From: Clostridiales bacterium
Lineage (GTDB): Bacteria > Bacillota > Clostridia > Christensenellales > Aristaeellaceae
Length of the DNA: 35,474 bases
Direction: 5' to 3'
NCBI GenBank assembly: GCA_012522875.1
Contig: JAAYJP010000262.1
Coordinates: 1-35,474 of the forward strand
A program made the position numbers and the translations under genes. The notes beneath the pieces were generated by a model. That model had not been told where the DNA came from, searched no databases, and was given only the letters and a program-made list of their open reading frames with translations. Numbering within the stretch: position 1 is the first letter of the stretch; the number at the start of each line of letters is the position of its first letter. Shown one piece after another: positions 7,810-15,538 of this stretch.

Positions 7810-9981
7810 ATGCAAAAAAATTTGGCTCAGGTAATCAGCGCCGTTCAATCGATCCGGGCACCTTTTTCCGTCCTGGAAACTGATTTGCACGCCCAGGTTC
7901 AGGCCGCACTTGAGGGCGCACAAATTCCATATACCCATGAAGCGCAAGTGGCACCGAGATGCCGCATTGACTTTCTGGCAAATGGTATCGGCATAGAAAT
8001 TAAGCGCGGTAGGCCGCGTGTCCATGATCTGCTGAATCAGGCAACCCGCTATCTTGCATCCCCACGGCTTGATGCGCTGCTTATCCTCAGTGAGCGTGAA
8101 GTGAATATACCGGGGTCTGTTCTCGAAAAGCCTTGCATAGCAATGAGTTTTGGCAAACTGTGGGGGCCAGCAGTGCCGTTGGAACAGGAGGCGGCAAACC
8201 CAAACCCGGTCTGTAATTCGCAATACAAACCTGGTTCTGTTTTTGTTGCCGCTGCGCCACTGCCAGGCAATACAAGCCCGGCTTACCTCGAGCCTGTGCG
8301 GGCGGGCGAAAGGGTCTACGGCACTTTATCCTACCAGGCACGAAGCAAGCATTGGGTCATCAGCGGCGAACCCTATGTAACTGAACTTGCCAAACGATTA
8401 TTTCCCGGAGCTGACAGCGGAAGGCGCGGCGTTGCAAAATTTGCAGCGCACCGGCGGCTTGTGGGTGAACTCAACTGGTTTATGCAGCGTTATCCGCTTG
8501 CAATTTTGCCCAGGGACCAGGAGCGCTGGAATACATCCTTGCAGGAGGCCCGGGATTACAGGACAAGGCAAGACGCTTTCACTCGAAACACGCCGGAGTA
8601 TGAAAACGGGACAGGGTGGTTTACAGGCCATCTGCGGCCTTTTCAAGCCTGTGGCGCGGTCTGGCTTGCGCAAATGCGCCGTGCCTTGCTGGCCGATGAG
8701 ATGGGCTTAGGGAAAACGGTCCAGGCGCTGGCTGCGTTGTCCTCCACCGGAGGGCTTCCCGCTGTTATTGTGGTTCCACCGCATTTGATACGCAACTGGC
8801 AGAGCGAAATCCTGCGATTCCTGAGTGTAGACAGCCGGGCACCCAGGATTCACATTCTAAAAGGATTGAGCCCTTATCCATTGCCTGAGGCCGATATTTA
8901 CCTGGTGCATTATCTCTTGCTTCGTGGATGGAAAAACGCATTGCCAGAACTACCAGTCAAAACTGTCATTTTTGACGAAATCCAGGAACTGCGGCATAGG
9001 GGGACGGAAAAGTACAGCGCTGCCAGCCTGCTGTCAAACGCCTGCGAATGTGTGTATGGCCTTTCAGGCACTCCAATATATAACCAAGGCGGCGAGATAT
9101 GGAATGTGATCAACATCCTGGACTATCATTTTCTGGGTGATTGGGAATCCTTCTCCAGAGAATGGTGCTATGGCTATGGCAATGCGGTGGTTATACACCC
9201 TGAATGGCTGGGGGATTACCTCAGGCGGGAGGGAGTGATGCTCCGGCGCAACAAGAAAGAAGTGCTCCCTGAGTTGCCTGATAAACGGAGGCTGGTTCAG
9301 GAGATTGATGCTGATAATGCGATCTTTCAGAAGTTGATGGCGCCTGTGCTGGACAAATTAAGGCATCTGTCACAAGCGGGAGAGTTGTCACCTTCACAGC
9401 GCGCTTTGCTGGAAGGCCAGGTTTCCCAGGGTGAGAGACAAGCTACCGGTCTGGCAAAGGCCCCGTATGTGGCTCACTTCATACGCGCGATGATCGAATC
9501 GGGTGAAAAGGTGCTTTTGTTCGCTCATCACCACGCGGTTATGGATCTTTACAAAAAAGAACTCAAACACCTTTCCCCCGTCTTTATTACTGGCAGGGAG
9601 ACCGGAGCGCAGAAAGACAAAAGCGTCGACCGCTTTATGCAAGGGCGTACTGACCTCTGCTGTATTTCCCTTCGGGCTGCCTCCGGCCTTAACCTTCAGC
9701 GCGCCACATGTGTGGTGTTTGGAGAACTGGACTGGTCTCCAGCTATTCACAGCCAAGCAGAAGACCGGGCACACCGCATCGGGCAGAAGGATTCCCTGCT
9801 ATGCTACTATCTGACGAGTCCCGGTGGTTCTGATAGCTTAATTCAGGACGTTCTGGGGCTGAAAGTAAGCCAGTTCCTGGGTTTGATGGGGGCACAGCCG
9901 CCGCGGGCCCAAGAAGAGGCTGCTGCCGCCAATTATGCACGGCAGCATGTTCAGGATATGATGGTGCGGTGGTTTCCCTAA
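7810..9981 (+). CDS. SNF2-family DNA-dependent ATPase/translocase with an N-terminal PD-(D/E)xK nuclease-like domain and an uncharacterised middle domain
   Basis: 723 aa from the ATG at 7810 (GGAGG 4 nt upstream). SNF2 motifs are LADEMGLGKT (I), FDEIQ (II, DExQ), LSGTPI (III) and QAEDRAHRIGQ (VI). The head carries E(TDLH)...RIDFLANGIGIEIK...Q..YL, which is a D-x8-E-x-K nuclease core. The ORF-track start at 7669 overlaps the divergent gene and both promoters and is rejected. Confidence 0.85.
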   Translation: MQKNLAQVISAVQSIRAPFSVLETDLHAQVQAALEGAQIPYTHEAQVAPRCRIDFLANGIGIEIKRGRPRVHDLLNQATRYLASPRLDALLILSEREVNIPGSVLEKPCIAMSFGKLWGPAVPLEQEAANPNPVCNSQYKPGSVFVAAAPLPGNTSPAYLEPVRAGERVYGTLSYQARSKHWVISGEPYVTELAKRLFPGADSGRRGVAKFAAHRRLVGELNWFMQRYPLAILPRDQERWNTSLQEARDYRTRQDAFTRNTPEYENGTGWFTGHLRPFQACGAVWLAQMRRALLADEMGLGKTVQALAALSSTGGLPAVIVVPPHLIRNWQSEILRFLSVDSRAPRIHILKGLSPYPLPEADIYLVHYLLLRGWKNALPELPVKTVIFDEIQELRHRGTEKYSAASLLSNACECVYGLSGTPIYNQGGEIWNVINILDYHFLGDWESFSREWCYGYGNAVVIHPEWLGDYLRREGVMLRRNKKEVLPELPDKRRLVQEIDADNAIFQKLMAPVLDKLRHLSQAGELSPSQRALLEGQVSQGERQATGLAKAPYVAHFIRAMIESGEKVLLFAHHHAVMDLYKKELKHLSPVFITGRETGAQKDKSVDRFMQGRTDLCCISLRAASGLNLQRATCVVFGELDWSPAIHSQAEDRAHRIGQKDSLLCYYLTSPGGSDSLIQDVLGLKVSQFLGLMGAQPPRAQEEAAAANYARQHVQDMMVRWFP

Positions 9982-9985
9982 GCGA

Positions 9986-10014
9986 TTGACTTTTATAAGG
10001 GCATACCGTAAGAT
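9986..10014 (+). promoter_or_regulatory. Sigma-A-type promoter for ruvCAB-queA-psuKG
   Basis: TTGACT (9986-9991), a 17-nt spacer, then TAAGAT (10009-10014). It starts 5 nt after the SNF2 stop codon. Confidence 0.5.
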
Positions 10015-10035
10015 TTTCTATCAGGGAGGGGCATT

Positions 10036-10530
10036 ATGCGGATTATGGGCATCGATCCCGGGCTGGCAACAATGGGTTGGGGTGTAATTGACTGTTCACT
10101 GGACGCACCCGAATTTGTATCCTCAGGAATCATTCAGACTTTGCCAGCGGAATCACTGCCCCAACGTCTTGCCAGGATTGATTCCGGTATGGACGAGCTG
10201 ATTATGCTGTACAAGCCCGGTGCCATTGTGTTTGAACAGCTCTTTTTCGCCAAGAATGTTACCACTGCCTTTAATGTTGGCGCAGCCCGGGGCGTCGCCA
10301 TCGCGCGCTGTGCGCGCTTCACGGACGCTTTGTACGAGTACACTCCAATGCAAATCAAACAGGCTGTGGTGGGTTATGGCAAGGCGGATAAGCAGCAGGT
10401 CCAACGCATGATCCAGCTGTTGCTGAAACTTCCGGAAATCATCCAACCGGATGACGCTGCAGATGCCGTTGCCGCAGCACTCACCCATTTCCAATCCGGC
10501 AGGTTCGGCAGCCTGCATATCATGAAATGA
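10036..10530 (+). CDS. ruvC: Crossover junction endodeoxyribonuclease RuvC
   Basis: 164 aa. MRIMGIDPGLATMGWGVI is the RNase H-fold first-Asp motif, and ...QPDDAADAVAAALTH is the C-terminal acidic motif. GGGAGGGG lies upstream. Confidence 0.93.
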   Translation: MRIMGIDPGLATMGWGVIDCSLDAPEFVSSGIIQTLPAESLPQRLARIDSGMDELIMLYKPGAIVFEQLFFAKNVTTAFNVGAARGVAIARCARFTDALYEYTPMQIKQAVVGYGKADKQQVQRMIQLLLKLPEIIQPDDAADAVAAALTHFQSGRFGSLHIMK

Positions 10531-10539
10531 GAGGTTGCC

Positions 10540-11151
10540 ATGTACGCCTTTATTGAGGGTCAAGTTGCGGAAAAGCAAGCCAATGAGCTTGTTCTGAGTG
10601 TCCAGGGTGTGGGTTATCAGATCTTGTGCACCCAGGCTTCGCTTGCTATTGTGCCGCCCAAAGGCGAGTATGTTCGCATCTATACTTGGCTTAGCGTCCG
10701 TGAAGACGCGCTTGAGTTGTTTGGCTTTTCATCCAGGGAAGAGCGGGCCATGTTTTTGCACCTCAACGCTGTTTCAGGCATCGGGCCCCGCACAGCGCTC
10801 AATATCCTCAACAGCATGCCGTTGAAGGATTTAACGTTTGCGATTTTAACAGGGGATATTCTGACTTTATCCCGAGCCCCCGGGATCGGCAAAAAAACAG
10901 CACAACGCATCACGCTGGAATTGAAAGACCGCCTGAGCAAGGACAGCGGCTCCCTGTCGGCCGATCTTCCAGGCGTGGGTTTTTCACCTTCTGCCACTGA
11001 CGCTGTTGGTGAAGCGGTTATGGCCCTCCAGGGTTTGGGTTACACCCAGTCGGAAGCCGCAATGGCTGTATCCAAAGCGCATCAGCAAGGCGCAGGTGAA
11101 AAATCGGATGACCTGGTACGCCAAGCGTTACGCGGGATGATGAAAGGGTAA
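10540..11151 (+). CDS. ruvA: Holliday junction branch migration complex subunit RuvA
   Basis: 203 aa starting MYAFIEGQV. There are two HhH motifs (VSGIGPRTALNIL and APGIGKKTAQRI) and a C-terminal domain III. Confidence 0.93.
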   Translation: MYAFIEGQVAEKQANELVLSVQGVGYQILCTQASLAIVPPKGEYVRIYTWLSVREDALELFGFSSREERAMFLHLNAVSGIGPRTALNILNSMPLKDLTFAILTGDILTLSRAPGIGKKTAQRITLELKDRLSKDSGSLSADLPGVGFSPSATDAVGEAVMALQGLGYTQSEAAMAVSKAHQQGAGEKSDDLVRQALRGMMKG

Positions 11152-11154
11152 GCC

Positions 11155-12210
11155 ATGCAGGATGAGCGCTTGATGATGACAGGCCAGCGGGACGAGGACC
11201 GGGATGTTGATGTATCGCTTCGTCCCCGCGTGCTTCGTGAATATGTGGGCCAGGACAAGGTTAAGGACAATCTGAATGTCTATATCAAAGCTGCCCTCAA
11301 ACGCCGGGATGCCCTGGATCATATCCTTCTATACGGCCCACCCGGCCTTGGCAAGACTACCCTTGCTTGTATTGTAGCAGCGGAAATGGGCCAGAACATC
11401 CGTATCACCTCCGGTCCCGCCATTGACCGACCTGGTGATCTGGCTTCGATCCTCACCAACCTAAACGCCGGAGATATCCTGTTTATCGATGAAATCCATC
11501 GGCTTTCCCGCGCGGTAGAAGAAGTGCTGTACCCTGCGATGGAGGACTTCGCCCTGGATATCATGATTGGCAAAGGACCCACTGCCCGTTCCATGCGTCT
11601 GGAGCTTCCCCGCTTTACTTTGGTGGGCGCCACCACCCGGGCAGGCCAGTTGTCCGCCCCGCTCCGGGATCGTTTTGGAATGACATTTCGTCTGGAACTC
11701 TATGCACCGGAGGAACTGGCGCATATCCTCCGCCGTTCTGCTTCTATTCTGGATATGCCGGCGGATGATGAGGGCATCATCGAAATCGCAAGGCGAAGCA
11801 GGGGCACCCCTCGCATCGCAAACCGCATGCTCAAGCGCGTGCGGGATTATGCGCAGGTCAAGGCGGATGGGAGGATTACCCGTCAGGTGGCAAACGAAGG
11901 ATTGAACTTACTTGATGTAGATGAACTGGGCCTTGACCGGGTGGATCGCACGGTGCTGCTCACCATGATAGACAAGTTCTCAGGCGGGCCCGTGGGACTT
12001 GACACCCTGGCTGCTTCCACGGGGGAAGACGCGCTGACCATTGAGGATGTCTATGAGCCCTTTCTTTTGCAGTTGGGCTTTATTCACAGGACCCCCCGGG
12101 GGCGTATGGCCACCCTGGCTGCCTATCAACACCTGAACCGAGCTTTTCCCGGTGATGATGGCAAACCCATCCCAAGCCAGCAGGTGGCATTTTTTGATGA
12201 AAACCCATGA
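11155..12210 (+). CDS. ruvB: Holliday junction branch migration DNA helicase RuvB
   Basis: 351 aa with AAA+ motifs [13 protein letters not shown] and LFIDEIHRL, plus sensor and arginine-finger regions. Confidence 0.95.
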   Translation: MQDERLMMTGQRDEDRDVDVSLRPRVLREYVGQDKVKDNLNVYIKAALKRRDALDHILLYGPPGLGKTTLACIVAAEMGQNIRITSGPAIDRPGDLASILTNLNAGDILFIDEIHRLSRAVEEVLYPAMEDFALDIMIGKGPTARSMRLELPRFTLVGATTRAGQLSAPLRDRFGMTFRLELYAPEELAHILRRSASILDMPADDEGIIEIARRSRGTPRIANRMLKRVRDYAQVKADGRITRQVANEGLNLLDVDELGLDRVDRTVLLTMIDKFSGGPVGLDTLAASTGEDALTIEDVYEPFLLQLGFIHRTPRGRMATLAAYQHLNRAFPGDDGKPIPSQQVAFFDENP

Positions 12211-13252
12211 TTTCTTCTATGATCTGCCGGAAGGGCTGATTGCCCAGACACCGGTAGAGCCAAGGGACCAGAGCCGCATGTTGGCGTTCTCAAGGCAAAC
12301 CGGCTCAATACAACACAGGCACTTTTTTGATTTGCCGGGATTCCTCAGGCCAGGGGATGCTGTGGTTATCAATCATACCAAAGTGATTCCTGCCAGGCTG
12401 ACAGGCCTGAAAGAAGGCAGCGGGGTCGCCTGTGAGGTTCTGCTGCTCAGGAGAATCAGCCAGGACCGGTGGGAGGCACTCGTACGCCCTGGACGGAGGC
12501 TAAAAAGCGGCGCCCGCCTGAATTTTGGCGGCGGGGCAATAAGGGCTGTGATTGAAGACAGCACCCGCTTTGGGGGCCGGATCGTACGCTTTGTTTACGA
12601 GGGTGTTTTTGAAGAAATCCTTGACCGCCTGGGTCAGATGCCTCTGCCTCCCTATATCCATGAGCAGCTTTCTGATAGCAGCAGATATCAGACCGTTTAC
12701 GCGAAATTTCCCGGCAGTGCTGCTGCACCTACCGCAGGGCTCCATTTTACCCCGCGGGTGCTTGAGGCTATCACTGAACGCGGTGCCCATGTGATCCCCG
12801 TTCTATTGCATGTGGGACTCGGTACCTTCCGTCCAGTCAAGGCAGAAAGCCTGGAAGATCATGTAATGCACGAGGAGTATTACGAGGTGTCACCGGAAGC
12901 AGCCCTGCGCATTAACGCAGCCCGGGCCAAGGGCGGACGAATTCTTTGTGTGGGAACCACTTCCCTTCGCACTCTTGAAACGGTGTCGGATGTAACTGGA
13001 ATTGTCCGGCCAGGGCAAGGGATGACCGGCATATTTATCAGACCCGGATACCGGTTTAAGGCCTGCGACATGCTGCTCACCAACTTCCATCTGCCTGAAA
13101 GTACGCTGCTTATGCTGGTTGCCGCGTTTATGGGCCTGGACAACACCCTTCGTACTTACCGTGAGGCGGTGCGGGAGCAGTACCGGTTTTTTAGCTTTGG
13201 GGACTGTATGCTGATTGGGGATGCGCTTCAAAGGGCACAAAATCATGGGTGA
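12197..13252 (+). CDS. queA: S-adenosylmethionine:tRNA ribosyltransferase-isomerase QueA
   Basis: [29 protein letters not shown] is the typical QueA N-terminus, and GTTSLRTLE is present. The ATG at 12197 overlaps the ruvB 3' end by 14 nt. The ORF-track start at 12152 is an in-frame extension inside ruvB. Confidence 0.92.
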   Translation: MKTHDFFYDLPEGLIAQTPVEPRDQSRMLAFSRQTGSIQHRHFFDLPGFLRPGDAVVINHTKVIPARLTGLKEGSGVACEVLLLRRISQDRWEALVRPGRRLKSGARLNFGGGAIRAVIEDSTRFGGRIVRFVYEGVFEEILDRLGQMPLPPYIHEQLSDSSRYQTVYAKFPGSAAAPTAGLHFTPRVLEAITERGAHVIPVLLHVGLGTFRPVKAESLEDHVMHEEYYEVSPEAALRINAARAKGGRILCVGTTSLRTLETVSDVTGIVRPGQGMTGIFIRPGYRFKACDMLLTNFHLPESTLLMLVAAFMGLDNTLRTYREAVREQYRFFSFGDCMLIGDALQRAQNHG

Positions 13253-14108
13253 CCCGATTAAAGCACTGGTGATCGGCGGAATGAACATTGATATCCTGGG
13301 GGTGCCTTCAGGTGACTACCGCCCGGGGGACTCGATACCAGGCGCTATCCGCTGTACCATTGGCGGGGTGGGTTTCAACATCGCTTCACGCTTGGCGGAA
13401 TCGGGCACGGCCGTTACCTTTGTCACAGTCTTTGGTAAAGACTTTTTTGTCCATTTTGCTGAGGCTGCCTGCCTGTCACTGGGCCTGGATACCAGCCTTT
13501 CCCTTAAGGCAGACGGCCCCTCCCCCATGTACATGGCCATTCACCATCAGGATGGCGCTATGGCAGCCGCCGTTAACGATATGGCATCCATGTCAACACT
13601 GACGCCTTCACATCTTCAGGCGCAAAAGGACAAATTGGCAGGCTTATTCGATGTGTGTGTGATGGATGCCAATTTGCTGCATGCAACGATACAAGCCATC
13701 CCAAGGCTTGTATCAGCACCCATTTTGGCGGACGCTGTCAGCGTGGAGAAAGGGCGCCGCCTCTTTCCCGTCCTTTCGCGCCTCACCGCCATCAAACCAA
13801 ATGCCATGGAGGCGCTGTCGCTGAGCGGCGGCAAGGATATCCCGTCCGCTGCGAACTGGTTTCTGCGTCAAGGCGTCCAGCAGGTCTATATCTCTCTGGG
13901 TAAAGAAGGCCTTTACTTCGCTTCGGCGGAAGGTTCGGGCCACCTGTCCCCTGGGCGCGTCATCAGCGCCCCTTCAACCGGCGCCGGGGACGCCATGTCC
14001 TCCGGTCTTGCCCAGGGTATCGCCCACGGAGAACCCACAGAAAATACGGCCAAAATGGGCCTGGCTGCTGCGGAAAAGTACCTTATGCGTAAATCTGTGG
14101 AGGTGTAA
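13245..14108 (+). CDS. psuK: PfkB-family sugar/nucleoside kinase, probable pseudouridine kinase
   Basis: [19 protein letters not shown] is a ribokinase-like N-terminus and GAGDAMSSG is the PfkB anion-hole motif. It lies immediately upstream of psuG. The ATG at 13245 overlaps the queA stop by 8 nt. Confidence 0.75.
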   Translation: MGDPIKALVIGGMNIDILGVPSGDYRPGDSIPGAIRCTIGGVGFNIASRLAESGTAVTFVTVFGKDFFVHFAEAACLSLGLDTSLSLKADGPSPMYMAIHHQDGAMAAAVNDMASMSTLTPSHLQAQKDKLAGLFDVCVMDANLLHATIQAIPRLVSAPILADAVSVEKGRRLFPVLSRLTAIKPNAMEALSLSGGKDIPSAANWFLRQGVQQVYISLGKEGLYFASAEGSGHLSPGRVISAPSTGAGDAMSSGLAQGIAHGEPTENTAKMGLAAAEKYLMRKSVEV

Positions 14109-14109
14109 A

Positions 14110-15021
14110 ATGAACCAACATGTGATTCTCTCTCCTGCCATAAATCTAGCACTTGAAGAAGGGAAACCTATTATTGCCCTTGAAAGTACCATCATCAGCC
14201 ACGGCATGCCCTACCCGCAGAACATGGAAACAGCTCTGAGCTGCGAGCGCATCGCCAGAGAAAACGGAGCTGAGCCAGCCACTATCGCCATACTGGAAGG
14301 CAGACTGTGCGTGGGGTTGACAAAAAAACAGATTGAATATCTGGGGAAAAAAGGCCAGAACGTCCGCAAAGCCAGCCGCAGGGATTTGCCGGTGCTAATC
14401 GCCAGGCGGGAAGATGGTGCCACCACCGTTGCCGCCACAATGATTGTAGCGGCGTTGGCTGGTATCCAGGTGTTTGCCACCGGTGGAGTGGGCGGTGTAC
14501 ACAGAGACGCGGGGAAAACAATGGATATCTCAGCAGACCTTGAAGAATTGGCACAGACCCCGGTAGCCGTGGTGTGCGCGGGAGCCAAAAGCATTCTCGA
14601 TCTGGGTTTAACGATGGAGTATTTGGAGACCAAAGGCGTTCCCGTGATTGGCTTTCAGACAGATGAACTGCCTGCTTTCTATACACGGGAGAGCGGCTAT
14701 AGGGTCCATGACCGGGCTGATAGCCCTGATGATATTGCCGCCATCATCCGCGCCCAGCGGACGCTGGGATTTCCCGGCGGTATGCTCATCACAAACCCAA
14801 TCCCAAGGGAAAATGCCCTCCCCAGGGAGCTGATTGACAGCGCCATCTGTCAGGCCCTTGAAGATGCCCGGGAACAAGGTATCAGCGGCAAAGATGTCAC
14901 CCCTTTCCTATTGGCCGGGGTGATGAAGAAGACCTCCGGGCTTTCTCTTAAAGCCAATATCCAGTTGGTCTTCAACAATGTGAAACTGGCAGCCCAAATC
15001 GCGCGTGCCTTAAAAGGTTGA
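14110..15021 (+). CDS. psuG: Pseudouridine-5'-phosphate glycosidase (IndA/PsuG family)
   Basis: 303 aa with ALESTIISHGMPYPQN and GGVGGVHRDA, both typical of PsuG. GGAGGTG lies 5 nt upstream of the ATG at 14110. Confidence 0.9.
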   Translation: MNQHVILSPAINLALEEGKPIIALESTIISHGMPYPQNMETALSCERIARENGAEPATIAILEGRLCVGLTKKQIEYLGKKGQNVRKASRRDLPVLIARREDGATTVAATMIVAALAGIQVFATGGVGGVHRDAGKTMDISADLEELAQTPVAVVCAGAKSILDLGLTMEYLETKGVPVIGFQTDELPAFYTRESGYRVHDRADSPDDIAAIIRAQRTLGFPGGMLITNPIPRENALPRELIDSAICQALEDAREQGISGKDVTPFLLAGVMKKTSGLSLKANIQLVFNNVKLAAQIARALKG

Positions 15022-15029
15022 AGGTATAC

Positions 15030-15057
15030 AAAAAAGCCGCTTGTTTGCGGCGTTTTC
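15030..15057. terminator. Bidirectional intrinsic terminator between convergent psuG and rpsT
   Basis: AAAAAA-GCCGC-TTGTTT-GCGGC-GTTTT. The stem is flanked by an A-tract and a T-tract. The run is stronger on the minus strand (UUUUUUGU after the stem, for rpsT). Confidence 0.65.
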
Positions 15058-15073
15058 GTGTACCTACGCTGTG

Positions 15074-15337
15074 TCAGGCCCGAGCTTTGTTCAGCGCTTT
15101 CGCCATGCGTGACTTCTTGCGGCTCGCGGTGTTCTTGTGCAGAACGCCCTTGGATACAGCCCGGTCAAGCGCCGATGACGCGCTTATCAACGCTGCGGGC
15201 GCTGCCTGCAAATCCCTCTCCAGGACGACCGTATACTTCTTAACGGCGGTCTTAACGCCGGTTTTGACCATGCGGTTGCGCAGATTCTTTTTCTTGTCAG
15301 AGCGCACGCGCTTCTGCGCGGACTTGATGTTCGCCAA
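15074..15337 (-). CDS. rpsT: 30S ribosomal protein S20
   Basis: 87 aa starting MANIKSAQKRVRSDKKKNLRN. TTG start codon preceded by GGAGGTGA. Confidence 0.95.
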   Translation of the reverse strand: MANIKSAQKRVRSDKKKNLRNRMVKTGVKTAVKKYTVVLERDLQAAPAALISASSALDRAVSKGVLHKNTASRKKSRMAKALNKARA

Positions 15338-15375
15338 CTTTCCTCACCTCCTGACCTTCCAGAATAGCAAGATGA

Positions 15376-15404
15376 ATGTTAACATATCATAAGCTGCTTG
15401 GCAA
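15376..15404 (-). promoter_or_regulatory. Candidate rpsT promoter
   Basis: The minus strand reads TTGCCA (15404-15399), a 17-nt spacer, then TAACAT (15381-15376). Confidence 0.4.
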
Positions 15405-15448
15405 GTGCTAATTCTGGATGGATTTGGCTGTGCCCACAGCGCGTTTTC

Positions 15449-15477
15449 TTGCGAAAACTGACCGTTGCGTGTATGAT
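15449..15477 (+). promoter_or_regulatory. Candidate promoter for the phoH-pgpH-ybeY/cdd-era-apbE operon
   Basis: TTGCGA (15449-15454), a 17-nt spacer, then TATGAT (15472-15477). Confidence 0.45.
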
Positions 15478-15538
15478 AACTGTGCGCCAAAAACCTTTGG
15501 ATTTGGGCGAAGGAAAGGAGTTGTTGCATCACTTGTCA

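Noticed and set aside
7633-8223. A 196-aa minus-strand ORF overlapping the nuclease-like head of the SNF2 gene. I considered it as a possible small partner or antitoxin-like gene.
   Set aside because: It would start inside the SNF2 coding region and end 50 nt inside the L,D-transpeptidase gene, in a different frame. It runs through both predicted promoters. Its sequence is Cys/Arg/Phe-rich with no motif and no SD.
15398-15538. The upstream extension of the phoH ORF (364-aa version).
   Set aside because: It contains the predicted phoH promoter and lacks an SD. Family-typical length and N-terminus are reached from 15521-15539.
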